From contig JAVYVS010000002.1 of assembly GCA_038727515.1 (NCBI GenBank), positions 75,683 through 139,682 of the forward strand: a stretch of DNA of 64,000 bases. The letters run 5' to 3'. Below the pieces are notes generated by a model, which was not told the origin of the DNA, made no database searches, and saw only the letters and a program-made list of their open reading frames with translations. Each line of letters begins with the position of its first letter. The first letter of the stretch is position 1. Made by a program: the position numbers and the translations under genes. The stretch is from Candidatus Methanomethylicia archaeon (GTDB lineage: Archaea > Thermoproteota > Methanomethylicia > Culexarchaeales > Culexarchaeaceae). Of this stretch, positions 47,338 to 57,503 are shown piece by piece.

Positions 47338-48834
47338 GTGGTTTGCGTGTCGTTTGAAGGCTTAGTTTTATCATTAATTTTAGTTCCAATATGCTTTCTA
47401 CCGGTAACGTATATAGCTGGTAGACGCCTTGGTAGTAAATGTGGTTGGGTCACCTTTGTCCCATTACTATACTCATTTTTAATATCATTAATACTTCTAT
47501 CCGCTGTTTCTCTTAAGGGTTCCATCTACGTGGTATTTCCACTAGCTCCTTCTGTTGGTTTAAATTTTGGATTTCTAATTGATGGTTTAAGTTTACCCAT
47601 AGTGTTTACAATAACATTGTTATGTATGGTTGTTTCAATATTCTCAATACCCTACATGGAGCATCATATTGGTGAAGATAAAGCTCAACATGCAGCATAC
47701 TATGCCTTATATCTACTTTATGCATTGGGGATGGTTGGTACAGCTTTATCCACAAATTTAATTCAATTCTACTTCTTCTGGGAGCTTATGCTTCTTCCAT
47801 CTTGGGCTTTAATAAATATTTGGGGTTATGGTGAAAGGGAGAAGATTGCATTGAAATACTTTATATATACACATGTGGGTGCATTAGCTCTTTTAGCTGG
47901 TATATTAAGCTTATACTCCATATTTGGGACATTTGAACTTCCATTAATAATATCGTTAAGTAAGTTTATTCATGTTGGAGATATGATTAAGTGGATTACC
48001 ATAGCCATGTTCTTTGGATTTGCTGTTAAAATGGCTATAGTCCCATTACATACATGGCTTCCAGATGCACATGCTGAAGCTCCAACACCTATAAGTGCAC
48101 TTTTATCTCCAGCTATGATTGGACTTGGTGGATATGCAACTGTTAGGATAATATATTCTGCTTTTCCAGAGGTTTGGGATTCCCTCAGTTTCATATTGAG
48201 TCTTCTAGCTTTAATAACAATGGTTTATTCTGGTGCTATGGCTTTAGCTCAAGATGATATTAAGAGGCTCTTAGCATATTCCAGTGCTTCACAGATGGGA
48301 TATATTTTAATGGGTCTTGCAAGTGCAGATCCTATGGGTATTGGTGGAGCTATGTATCATTATGTCAGTCATGGAACTTGTAAAGCTATACTCTTCATGG
48401 TTGCAGGGGCAATAATTCTTGAAGCTCATGGTTTGAGAAGTATATCCAAACTTGGAGGTTTAGCTAAGAAAATGCCTTTAACAGCTACAATGGCGTTAAT
48501 AGGATTTCTAGGTATTGCTGGTACACCTCCATTAAATGGTTTTCAAAGTGAATGGCTTATATTTACTGGTGCATTTCATGGAGCTATTGAAGCTCATGAT
48601 ACCTTAAGACTTATTGTAGTTGCACTTGGACTTATTGGAAGTGTATTAACAGCTGGTTATGCCCTTTGGACTATGAGGAGAGTATTCTTTGGAGAATTAC
48701 GTGAAGGTTTAGAAGAAGTTCATGAACCATCAATATACGTTTTAGCTCCAATGATGGTCCTAGCAATATTCACAGTTATACTTGGCATATACCCAAGGCT
48801 TTTAATGGATTTATTAACATCCTTTCTAAGTTAA
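47338..48834 (+). CDS. NuoM/NuoN-like antiporter-type subunit
   Basis: 498 aa with motifs FFWELMLLPS, WLPDAHAEAPTPISALL and AYSSASQMGY. Confidence 0.75.
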   Translation: MVCVSFEGLVLSLILVPICFLPVTYIAGRRLGSKCGWVTFVPLLYSFLISLILLSAVSLKGSIYVVFPLAPSVGLNFGFLIDGLSLPIVFTITLLCMVVSIFSIPYMEHHIGEDKAQHAAYYALYLLYALGMVGTALSTNLIQFYFFWELMLLPSWALINIWGYGEREKIALKYFIYTHVGALALLAGILSLYSIFGTFELPLIISLSKFIHVGDMIKWITIAMFFGFAVKMAIVPLHTWLPDAHAEAPTPISALLSPAMIGLGGYATVRIIYSAFPEVWDSLSFILSLLALITMVYSGAMALAQDDIKRLLAYSSASQMGYILMGLASADPMGIGGAMYHYVSHGTCKAILFMVAGAIILEAHGLRSISKLGGLAKKMPLTATMALIGFLGIAGTPPLNGFQSEWLIFTGAFHGAIEAHDTLRLIVVALGLIGSVLTAGYALWTMRRVFFGELREGLEEVHEPSIYVLAPMMVLAIFTVILGIYPRLLMDLLTSFLS

Positions 48835-49332
48835 ATTAAGCTTTATACTTTCAATTTTAAGTTTATCTATTTCTATCCCAGCATCATATAAGTTTTTTAA
48901 TGAATGAATTGTTATTACCCCACTAATAATTCCCTCACTCTTATATATTGCCTTCCACTTTAGAGTTGTATGTTTACTTCTACTCCTATACGTTATTTGA
49001 TGTATAACATCTGCTCTAACAATATCAACAATTTCACCACTATGTATTTCAAAGCTACCTACAACCTCTTTTCTATTGGCATTCAACCATATTCTACCGG
49101 AAATCTCTGGGTACAAATTTTTCTGATTGAAATGCTTCTCTATTATTGGCATATTATTTCTAGCTATAGATATCAATATGAACTTCTTAAATTCATTTAA
49201 TTTAACTCTCCCCTCAACTTTAAATAAAACTTCATTCTTAAGTCTCTCAGCATTTCTCTCAGATAAACATTTATCGCATATCCCACCCTTAGCTTGCCTA
49301 CCACAGTATATACATTCTTCTTCAGATGACAT
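48826..49332 (-). CDS. hypothetical protein with N-terminal zinc ribbon
   Basis: 168 aa with CIYCGRQAKGGICDKC at the N-terminus. Confidence 0.4.
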   Translation of the reverse strand: MSSEEECIYCGRQAKGGICDKCLSERNAERLKNEVLFKVEGRVKLNEFKKFILISIARNNMPIIEKHFNQKNLYPEISGRIWLNANRKEVVGSFEIHSGEIVDIVRADVIHQITYRSRSKHTTLKWKAIYKSEGIISGVITIHSLKNLYDAGIEIDKLKIESIKLNLT

Positions 49333-49354
49333 TTAATACGCCTCAATACATCAT

Positions 49355-49741
49355 TTAAAGATCGTTTGATCTATCAACGTAATTCTTTATGTATTTCTTA
49401 GGCTTTAATGTTTCGATAATGTAATTGAAGGCTGCTTCGGGATCTGTTTTCCCACATGTAAATACATCTACTGTAGCATATTTTAGGTATGGCCATGCAT
49501 GTATCGATATATGTGATTCCAATACTATCCCTATAACTGCATTATACCCCTCAATACTATATACTTCTACATCAACCAATTTTGCTCTAGCAACTTCAAC
49601 AGCCTTAATAACTACATTTCTAAGAAATGTGGGGTCAGCTAAAACATTCTCACTACATCCATATAAGTTTCCATATATATGTTTGCCGACAGCCTTTATC
49701 TCCCCCACTTCCATTTCATTTCTTAAGAATAATTTAAACAT
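49355..49741 (-). CDS. speH: pyruvoyl-dependent S-adenosylmethionine decarboxylase proenzyme (SpeH family; could be arginine decarboxylase paralog)
   Basis: KHIYGNLYGC, the self-processing site LESHISIHAWP and VDVFTCG. Confidence 0.8.
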   Translation of the reverse strand: MFKLFLRNEMEVGEIKAVGKHIYGNLYGCSENVLADPTFLRNVVIKAVEVARAKLVDVEVYSIEGYNAVIGIVLESHISIHAWPYLKYATVDVFTCGKTDPEAAFNYIIETLKPKKYIKNYVDRSNDL

Positions 49742-50009
49742 AAATTTAAAGCTTTCTATTACTTTATTTCAATTTTTATTAGAAATTTTATTTCTAAAAT
49801 CATTTTTAAGCATAGTTTCTACTGAAGTTTACATTTAAACATTAATTTTCAAATTAAATCAAATTTAAACATTTAATTTCCATTCTTTTCCAGAAAAAAC
49901 ATATATTTACCATTTTTTCCTATTAATCTCCTATATTTTTTCTTTTTGCATATCATTTTTTCATATTGTGCGTTTAATTCAAATATTTCAATTACAATTG
50001 ATGTATTGT

Positions 50010-51383
50010 ATGGTTAAATATAGGTTGTTTGGGACTTCTGGTGTTAGAGGTGAGATAAACTTATTTCTAACTCCAGAATTAGCTGTTAAACTTTCTATGG
50101 CTTTTTCAAGATTTTTAGGGGGATCCGGCGATATTGCTATAGGTTTTGATTCACGTCTCCCCTCTAGAGCTTTAGTTGAAGCATGTATTTCTGGAGCTAT
50201 GTTTTCTGGTTTAAATGTTTTCTATCTTGGACTTATACCAACACCAGTACTTTTACATGTGGTTAAGGAATTTAAGCTGGATGGTGCCATTATGGTTTCT
50301 GCAAGTCATACTCCACCTAGATATTGTGGTTTAATCTTTTTTAAGGGTGATACTGGAGAGCTATCTCCAATGGAATCGAAAATTATTGAAGATTTAGTTT
50401 TTTCTGAATTTTCAACTTCTAATGTTTTTGGTTCTTTACATTTTTTGGGTGATGTTAGTGACATATATGTTGAATCTATATTGAGAAATTTTAATTTTGG
50501 AAGTTTCAATGATTTAAATTTGAAGATTGTTTGTGACATTGGTAATAGTCCATATGCACTATACTTCAATAAGCTTTTTGAATATTTAGGTATTGATTTT
50601 ATTTCTATTAATTGTCATCCAGATGGATTTTTCCCAGGTAGAGGTGCTAATGTGGATGTAAATAGTTTAAGTTATGTTTCTAATATTGTGAAGGGTGGTT
50701 TAGCGAATTTCGGTTTTGGAGTTGATGGTGATGGTGATAGATGTTTATTTGTAGATGAAAATGGCGTAGTTTTGTCTGGTGATATTATTGGAGCATTATT
50801 TTCACGTGAAGCTTTACTTAGGGTTCATAGTGGAATTATTGTTTGCCCAATAAATACTTCAAATATAATACTTGATATTTCAAGTAAATTCAATGGTAAA
50901 GTATATTTCACTAGGGTTGGTCCTCCAGAGATAATTGAAGCTATTAGAAAGATCGATAATGTTGTATTTGCTTTTGAAGAATCTGGTAAATATATTTGGC
51001 CTAAAAACATATTGTATGGAGATCCTGGATATACCCTCATAAAAATGTTGGAAATTATCTTGAAGTATGGATCTATTCATGAAGCAATAAAAGATTTCCC
51101 AAGATACTTTCAATTTAAAACTTCTATTCCATGTCAAGATGATTATAAAAATAAGGTTTTATCCTATTTAAGGTGTAAGTTGGATGTTTTCAATCCTAAG
51201 GAGGTTATTGATTTAGATGGGTTAAAAATTATTTTAGATGATGGTTGGATATTATTTAGACCTTCTGGAACTGAAGATGTATTTAGAGTTTTCGTTGAGG
51301 GATTTGATGAACATAAAACTATAAAAATGTTGGATTTAAGTGTAAAACTCGTAAAAGATGCTATTAAAATGCTATCTAAATAG
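50010..51383 (+). CDS. phosphohexomutase (phosphoglucosamine/phosphomannomutase family)
   Basis: N-terminal RLFGTSGVRG, an active-site Ser loop SASHTPP, a metal loop GVDGDGDR and a C-terminal RPSGTE. The start is set at the ATG at 50010. Confidence 0.8.
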   Translation: MVKYRLFGTSGVRGEINLFLTPELAVKLSMAFSRFLGGSGDIAIGFDSRLPSRALVEACISGAMFSGLNVFYLGLIPTPVLLHVVKEFKLDGAIMVSASHTPPRYCGLIFFKGDTGELSPMESKIIEDLVFSEFSTSNVFGSLHFLGDVSDIYVESILRNFNFGSFNDLNLKIVCDIGNSPYALYFNKLFEYLGIDFISINCHPDGFFPGRGANVDVNSLSYVSNIVKGGLANFGFGVDGDGDRCLFVDENGVVLSGDIIGALFSREALLRVHSGIIVCPINTSNIILDISSKFNGKVYFTRVGPPEIIEAIRKIDNVVFAFEESGKYIWPKNILYGDPGYTLIKMLEIILKYGSIHEAIKDFPRYFQFKTSIPCQDDYKNKVLSYLRCKLDVFNPKEVIDLDGLKIILDDGWILFRPSGTEDVFRVFVEGFDEHKTIKMLDLSVKLVKDAIKMLSK

Positions 51384-52136
51384 GTCTTTCTCCTCTGGAT
51401 ATATTATATTCTTTATTGAATCTTCACCCTTTGGATAATCATATCCTCTAATTACAACCACCGGTATCCCTTTACTCTTACCCATTGCAAGTTCTGCTGC
51501 TGCAGCAAGTTCATCTACAATTGCCATTTGCGTTACTCTTAAAGTGTAGCCATACATATCTTGAGTCCCCCTATAATCCTTTATAACATTTATTCCAGCT
51601 ATACCTATAGCGAAGTTTACATGTCCCCTCCTCCAAGCTCTACCAAATGTATCTGAAATTATTACTGCTACATCTACACCCTTCAACTCTCTTATACGAT
51701 CTCTAATTCCTCTAGCAGATCTATCAGGATCTTCTGGTAATAGTGAAACTATGTCTTCTCCACCTGCAACATTTGATTTATCTATACCAGCATTAGCACA
51801 TACAAATCCATGTTTTGTTTCAACTATTAAATGTCCACCCCTCATTCTAACGATCTTATTGCTTTCCCTCAATATCAATTCTACAAGTTCAGGGGTTTTA
51901 CCAGTTAATTCTGCAACTCTTTTCGCAAAGGGTGAGGGTTGTATATCACTAAGCTTAACTATTCTACCTTCAGCTTTTGCCACTATTTTACTTGCTACAA
52001 CTATTATATCATTATCCCTTAATCCTCCAATTTGTTCTTCAGCTTTCTCACAAATCATCTTTGCAATATCATCTCCAGCCTTTATATCTGGAAAACCCTT
52101 TAATCCCACTATGGTTATAACATCTTTATCATTCAA
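51372..52136 (-). CDS. CofE-like protein (F420-0:gamma-glutamyl ligase family)
   Basis: HGFVCANAGIDKSNV, IISDTFGRAWRRG and AAAAELAMGK match the CofE family. Confidence 0.7.
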   Translation of the reverse strand: MNDKDVITIVGLKGFPDIKAGDDIAKMICEKAEEQIGGLRDNDIIVVASKIVAKAEGRIVKLSDIQPSPFAKRVAELTGKTPELVELILRESNKIVRMRGGHLIVETKHGFVCANAGIDKSNVAGGEDIVSLLPEDPDRSARGIRDRIRELKGVDVAVIISDTFGRAWRRGHVNFAIGIAGINVIKDYRGTQDMYGYTLRVTQMAIVDELAAAAELAMGKSKGIPVVVIRGYDYPKGEDSIKNIIYPEEKDLFR

Positions 52137-53700
52137 TTTTTATCACCTTTGAAATAATAATCACTATTATACCACCCCATAAGATAACAGTTAAACTTAT
52201 TGCTAAGTATGATATAAAGATGCCTATTTCACCAATTATTATTGCCAACCAATCATATTCTGAAGTTAATAATCTTTGTGATAAATTCAACAGTATATTT
52301 GCAATCCATGCAAAGGGTTGTGCAAAATTCTTTCGCATCAATATGTATTTTGCTTCAATTATCTCCTTATATATCCATAATCCACCTGAAATCTTAAATC
52401 CCCATTCAATGAATTTTATCGTTAAATCCTTTTGTGATGCTATGTTTAAATAGTTTATGAAGGTTTCTGTATCACTAATAGTTAATCCCTTAATTTCATT
52501 GAATAATTTCTGCAATAAGTTTAATCCACCATACCCCTCTAATATTGTTTTTATTATTGCATATGATGCAGCATAGTAATTGAGTATGTTTGATGGGGTT
52601 TCCACGGGATTCCACCATTGTATAAATCCATAATTCTCCTTTAATTGTAATGATATTTCCTCCAATGTCTTCATTCTCGATAGAGCTCCTTCCCATCCCA
52701 TATTCATCGTTAATTTTATGCTTAGATATTCAGCTAAACCTTCATGTACCCATAATAGGTTTGGAGATATTCCTGCCTTCCAAGCAAAATGATGTATTAA
52801 TTCATGTAAGGCTATTTGCTCCCAGAATCCTTGTGCAGTTCTAATGTATAATAGGTTTAGATATATATTTCCAAGATGAGTTCCATTAAATGGTATATAT
52901 CCACCAGTTCCAAGATCTGCTATTCTAGGTGCAAAGAACATAACTTTTACAATCGTTAAATTTACACCAAATATCTTCGTTAGATTATTGTAGAATGTTT
53001 TATATGTTTTTATCAGATTTTCCGCTACTTCTCTATATCTTTCTGGTGTTACCACTTGGAATATTCCATCACTATACACCCTCATATTTCCAGTTTGCAT
53101 TGTAGTATATTCTATGGCTATTCTAGCACTATTTGACTGTAATCTTATAGTTATCTTCCATTTTCCCCCCTCTAATCCTATGTCTGTTGGCGATGGTTGT
53201 ACTCCACTTCTTGATACCCTTGAGTTTCCTGGTAGATATATGTATACTATACCTGCATCCCTTTGACTAAAGTATATTTGTGGTGAATAGAAGAAGCAAT
53301 TTGGTTCAACTATTAAAGCTCCATTATTCATTGTATAGTTTATTTCTAATTTAAATACTGGGCTTCCAATATATGTGAACGTATAATTATCATAAAATGT
53401 AAATTCTTCTCCAGTTGCTGTATATGCTCTCTTTAATTCACTACTCTTTATGCGTCCACTAATTTCCCTTATTGTGTATTTCGTAAAGTTTCTTGGAACT
53501 AGAAGCCATGATTCCCCTGAACTTCTTGAGGATTCATAGATTATCGTTATTTTAGTTATACCATCATCATCTACATCACATATATAACTGTATGTTCCAC
53601 TATACTGTTGTGAAAGTATTTGATCATTATATGAATACGATATGTTTACAATTAATGGTATTATTAACATTATTATTAGGGTGAATATTGTTTTCCTCAA
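52129..53700 (-). CDS. secreted, C-terminally membrane-anchored HExxH zinc metalloprotease-like protein
   Basis: N-terminal signal/TM segment, a beta-rich domain with many NxS/T sequons, HELIHHF ... EGLAEY (HExxH plus a downstream Glu, gluzincin-like) and a C-terminal TM helix. Confidence 0.5.
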   Translation of the reverse strand: MRKTIFTLIIMLIIPLIVNISYSYNDQILSQQYSGTYSYICDVDDDGITKITIIYESSRSSGESWLLVPRNFTKYTIREISGRIKSSELKRAYTATGEEFTFYDNYTFTYIGSPVFKLEINYTMNNGALIVEPNCFFYSPQIYFSQRDAGIVYIYLPGNSRVSRSGVQPSPTDIGLEGGKWKITIRLQSNSARIAIEYTTMQTGNMRVYSDGIFQVVTPERYREVAENLIKTYKTFYNNLTKIFGVNLTIVKVMFFAPRIADLGTGGYIPFNGTHLGNIYLNLLYIRTAQGFWEQIALHELIHHFAWKAGISPNLLWVHEGLAEYLSIKLTMNMGWEGALSRMKTLEEISLQLKENYGFIQWWNPVETPSNILNYYAASYAIIKTILEGYGGLNLLQKLFNEIKGLTISDTETFINYLNIASQKDLTIKFIEWGFKISGGLWIYKEIIEAKYILMRKNFAQPFAWIANILLNLSQRLLTSEYDWLAIIIGEIGIFISYLAISLTVILWGGIIVIIISKVIKIE

Positions 53701-54479
53701 ACATCTTCACCTAAAATTTTTCTTGCAAAAACTATATATCCAGTATGTCCAATCATTATTGTTTCCGGTCTAGTTTCATTAACCTTCACTTTCCATCTCC
53801 TTTGAATATTTTCTATACATTCTATCCCTATGAAATTTGATTTCTCCAATGCTTCAACAGTCTTTATAACTTGTTCTATTGTTGGACTATAACTTACAAA
53901 TACACCCCAATCTGCTAATGCTTTATATGCATTATTTACCACTAGCCATGGTGTAGCTACATCCAACATTACAGCATCAACATCTTCTTCATCAAATCCT
54001 TGAGTTACATCTTTAAGTTTTAATTCTACGTATTCCATTAAACCAGCTCTCTCAAGATTCTTCTTCGCTATTTTAATATGTTCCTCTCTACTCTCATAAC
54101 TATATACTTTTCCATCTGGTTTTACATAGTATGCCAATGCCATGGTTAAAGCTCCTGAACCAGTTCCAGCTTCTATAACTCTTGACCCTGGACCTATACC
54201 TGAATAATGTATTATTACTGCTATATCCTTTGGATATATTATTTGAGTTTTCCTTAGTGATTTCATTATGTAATCTCTTATTGTTGGTTTAAGTACATAG
54301 AATTCAAATCCAATATTACTTTTAACCTTTGATCCATATCTTTTCCCAATTATATTATTAGTATCTAGATATCCCTTATGACTATGGAATTTTTGATCTC
54401 TCTTTAAATTCACCATATAACTCCTCTTTTGATCGATATATAATATGACATTTTCATTTTCCCTTACTACCTTCTCCAA
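53697..54479 (-). CDS. trmI: tRNA (adenine57/58-N1)-methyltransferase TrmI
   Basis: SAM-binding VIEAGTGSGALT and a GCD14/TrmI-like N-terminal domain. Confidence 0.8.
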   Translation of the reverse strand: MEKVVRENENVILYIDQKRSYMVNLKRDQKFHSHKGYLDTNNIIGKRYGSKVKSNIGFEFYVLKPTIRDYIMKSLRKTQIIYPKDIAVIIHYSGIGPGSRVIEAGTGSGALTMALAYYVKPDGKVYSYESREEHIKIAKKNLERAGLMEYVELKLKDVTQGFDEEDVDAVMLDVATPWLVVNNAYKALADWGVFVSYSPTIEQVIKTVEALEKSNFIGIECIENIQRRWKVKVNETRPETIMIGHTGYIVFARKILGEDV

Positions 54480-54519
54480 AAGTTTCCCTCCAATTCAGAT
54501 ATAAATTACCATCTTCTAT

Positions 54520-54735
54520 TTATTTTCTCGACATTAAAATAGTTCGTATTTCATCAATCTTCTTCTCCAATCTACTTATGTCTTCAATAATTTTCATCAA
54601 TAATCTAACTACTTCATTGTGAACGTATAATTCTTGTAGTGGTCTATCTACACTTTCACCAATCAATCTATAAAATATCAATCTATCCCTCATTAATCTA
54701 TCTAATTCCCTTTTCTTTTCCTCTTCTAAATTCAT
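54520..54735 (-). CDS. hypothetical small coiled-coil protein
   Basis: 71-aa charged, helical ORF upstream of trmI. Confidence 0.3.
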   Translation of the reverse strand: MNLEEEKKRELDRLMRDRLIFYRLIGESVDRPLQELYVHNEVVRLLMKIIEDISRLEKKIDEIRTILMSRK

Positions 54736-54836
54736 TTCAACTCAAATATATTCACGATTATTAATCTTGTAAATTTTTCTTTGAATTACAGCTAAACATT
54801 TTATATAAGTTTTTAATATTTTTAATGGTGTTTTAA

Positions 54837-55601
54837 TTGAATTTTAGAGAGTTTATCTCTTCAGCTTCAAAGATGAATCATAGTAGAATTATTCTTGCTT
54901 TAGATCTATCTATGATGCCTAGGGATAGTGGATTTAATCTTTTAAAGAATACTGCTATGAAAATACTTTCATCTGTAGCCAATTATATATGTGCTGTTAA
55001 AATTAATATGCAATTACTCTTGCCATTGGGCCTTTATGATGGTGTTAGTGATATTATACGTTTAGCACATGATTTTAATATTCCTACAATTATGGATTGT
55101 AAGTTAAGTGATGTTGGTCATACAAATCTATGGGCTTCAAAACATTATTTTGAAGCTGGTTTTGATGCTATTATTGTTAATCCAATGGTTGGTTGGAGTG
55201 AAGGGGTTGAACCAGTATTTAATGTAGCTAGGGATTATGGTGGTAGGGGAGTTATATTGTTAACGTATATGAGCCATAAAGCTTCCCCTGAAAGTTATGA
55301 ATTGCCAATTTTAATTGAAGGTTCTCCTAAACCCCTCTATAAGATTTTTGCTGAAAGGGCTTTGAAATGGGGTGCTGATGGAGTAATCGTTGGTGGAACA
55401 TATCCAGAGAAGATAAGGGAGATTAAGAGTATTCTATTGGGGAAAATCCCAATATACACTCCAGGCATTGGTTTACAGGGTGGTGAAATTAAAGCTTGTA
55501 TTGATGCTGGATCTGAATATTTCATTGTTGGTAGATCAATATTTCAAGCTGAAGATCCTGTTGAAGCTGCTAGAAGATTTAGAGATTTAAGCTGGTTTTA
55601 A
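54837..55601 (+). CDS. pyrF: orotidine 5'-phosphate decarboxylase
   Basis: IILALD, the MDCKLSDVGHT (DxKxxDIGxT) catalytic motif and a C-terminal VGRSIF. Confidence 0.8.
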   Translation: MNFREFISSASKMNHSRIILALDLSMMPRDSGFNLLKNTAMKILSSVANYICAVKINMQLLLPLGLYDGVSDIIRLAHDFNIPTIMDCKLSDVGHTNLWASKHYFEAGFDAIIVNPMVGWSEGVEPVFNVARDYGGRGVILLTYMSHKASPESYELPILIEGSPKPLYKIFAERALKWGADGVIVGGTYPEKIREIKSILLGKIPIYTPGIGLQGGEIKACIDAGSEYFIVGRSIFQAEDPVEAARRFRDLSWF

Positions 55602-56062
55602 CCCGTGTATTCATAGATCCTCCATAATTCAATAACCTTTGTTAGAAAGTTTTCTATTAAATATCCTTGTCCTACACCTGGACATAATGCATCTACATAC
55701 AAGTATAACTTCCCCTCATTTACTTCTACTTCTGCTCTTTTCTCATCTAATCCTTCAATGGGCCTTCTTGAGACATGAAATGGATATAATTTACAGCATA
55801 ATGGTCTCTCAAGATAATTCATACAATAAGCTATATTGTTAATCTTTGTTAGGAATATACATGTTCCATCAGCCTTCTTTGATAGATAATATCTCCCATT
55901 ATAATATACCAATATTGGACCATATTTCCTCATTAATGATATTGCCTCATGATTTTTTAATGGTACAATATATGTTGTACAACATCTTCCACATCTAATA
56001 CATCTCCATGATTTTGCATCTTTCCACGGTATATATCTCTCAGCCTTCTGCATATTACTCAT
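55598..56062 (-). CDS. YkgJ/UPF0153-family zinc/iron-chelating (CxxCxxCC) protein
   Basis: CIRCGRCC with further conserved Cys residues. Confidence 0.6.
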   Translation of the reverse strand: MSNMQKAERYIPWKDAKSWRCIRCGRCCTTYIVPLKNHEAISLMRKYGPILVYYNGRYYLSKKADGTCIFLTKINNIAYCMNYLERPLCCKLYPFHVSRRPIEGLDEKRAEVEVNEGKLYLYVDALCPGVGQGYLIENFLTKVIELWRIYEYTG

Positions 56063-56119
56063 ACCATCAATGAAAGTTAATTATTTATAATTTATAATTA
56101 AATTTTATGTGGTATATTT

Positions 56120-56551
56120 ATGTGCTCCATATTCCTGGGCGATATAAGATCTCTAAATTTTAATGATTTAATTAATCGTTTAAAATCTACGTCTCCCAAT
56201 GTTGGTTGTGTATTGTTGTTTATTGGGTTTGTTAGGTCTGAAGGTGTAGATGGTGGTAATGTTAGGAATCTTGTTTATGAAGCTTATAAAGATCTCGCGG
56301 AGAGGGAGTTGAAATCAATTGTGGATGATTCTATGAAGGTTGATGGTGTTTACTCCATTGAGATTATGCATATGATTGGTTCAGCGGTTCCTGGGGAGCA
56401 TACATTTATTGTTGGGGTTGCATCTAAACATAGAAATGAAGGATTTAGAGTTTTAAGAGATGTAGTTGAAAGAGTTAAAAGAGAAGTTCACATATGGAAG
56501 AAGGAGATTACGGATAAAGGTGAAAATTGGATTATTGGTGGGGATAGTTAA
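56120..56551 (+). CDS. moaE: molybdopterin synthase catalytic subunit MoaE-like
   Basis: About 143 aa. ...GFVR...VRNL.YEAY..., IMHMIGSAVPGE, VASKHR and ...HIWKKE match MoaE. Confidence 0.6.
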   Translation: MCSIFLGDIRSLNFNDLINRLKSTSPNVGCVLLFIGFVRSEGVDGGNVRNLVYEAYKDLAERELKSIVDDSMKVDGVYSIEIMHMIGSAVPGEHTFIVGVASKHRNEGFRVLRDVVERVKREVHIWKKEITDKGENWIIGGDS

Positions 56552-56597
56552 TAGTTATGCTTTTTAAGTTTAATTAAACAGTATTATTGGTGTTTAT

Positions 56598-57503
56598 ATG
56601 GCTATGGATTTAGCTTCGAAAATTGAAGATGCAACTGTAATGCTTATTAAAGCTGCATCAATATATCTACCATTGGATGTTAAAAATGCATTAATTAAAG
56701 CTAGAGATTTAGAGGTTAATACATTGGCTAAAGCTCAACTTGAAGCTATAATCAAGAATTGTGAACTTGCAGAAGCTGAAGGTAAACCTATATGTCAAGA
56801 TACTGGTCTCATATCATTCTATGTATCCATAGGTGATGATTTTCCAATTAAAAGTAAACTTATCGATATTCTGAATAAAGCTACTATAAGAGCTACAAAG
56901 GAGATTCCACTAAGACCTAATGCTGTTGATGTTTTAAGTGGTAAGAATAGTGGTGATAATACTGGTAGATATATTCCAAGTATTGATTGGGAACTTATAT
57001 CGAATAGCGGTGAAGTTAAAATAACAGTTTTTCCAAAGGGTGGTGGAAGTGAAGGACCTTGTATAGCTAAAGTTATACTTCCAACTGAAGGTTTAAAATA
57101 TGCTAAAAAGCTTGTTTTAGATGCTGTTGCTGATGCTGGGGCAAAACCTTGCCCACCTACAGTTGTAGGTGTTGGTTTAGGTGGAACAATAGATTTAGCT
57201 GTTAAACTTGCTAAGAAATCTCTACTAAGACCTATAGGTGTTAGAAGTGAAATTGAGGAAATTGCTAAACTTGAAGAAGAATTAATTGAACTTGTAAATA
57301 GTTTGGGTATTGGCCCCCATGGTGTTGGTGGAAAAACAACTGTACTAGATGTACATGTTGATTGTGCTCATAGACATCCTGCATCTTATGCTGTAGCTGT
57401 ATTATTTAATTGCTGGGCTGTTAGGAGATCCACTATGACTATAGATTCAAAGGGTAATGTTAATTTCATAACACATGAATTTATGAATAAATTTTGGAGG
57501 TGA
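56598..57503 (+). CDS. fumA: class I fumarate hydratase / Fe-S hydro-lyase, alpha subunit
   Basis: CQDTG motif, Fe-S ligand region, and an overlapping downstream beta-subunit gene. Confidence 0.85.
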   Translation: MAMDLASKIEDATVMLIKAASIYLPLDVKNALIKARDLEVNTLAKAQLEAIIKNCELAEAEGKPICQDTGLISFYVSIGDDFPIKSKLIDILNKATIRATKEIPLRPNAVDVLSGKNSGDNTGRYIPSIDWELISNSGEVKITVFPKGGGSEGPCIAKVILPTEGLKYAKKLVLDAVADAGAKPCPPTVVGVGLGGTIDLAVKLAKKSLLRPIGVRSEIEEIAKLEEELIELVNSLGIGPHGVGGKTTVLDVHVDCAHRHPASYAVAVLFNCWAVRRSTMTIDSKGNVNFITHEFMNKFWR

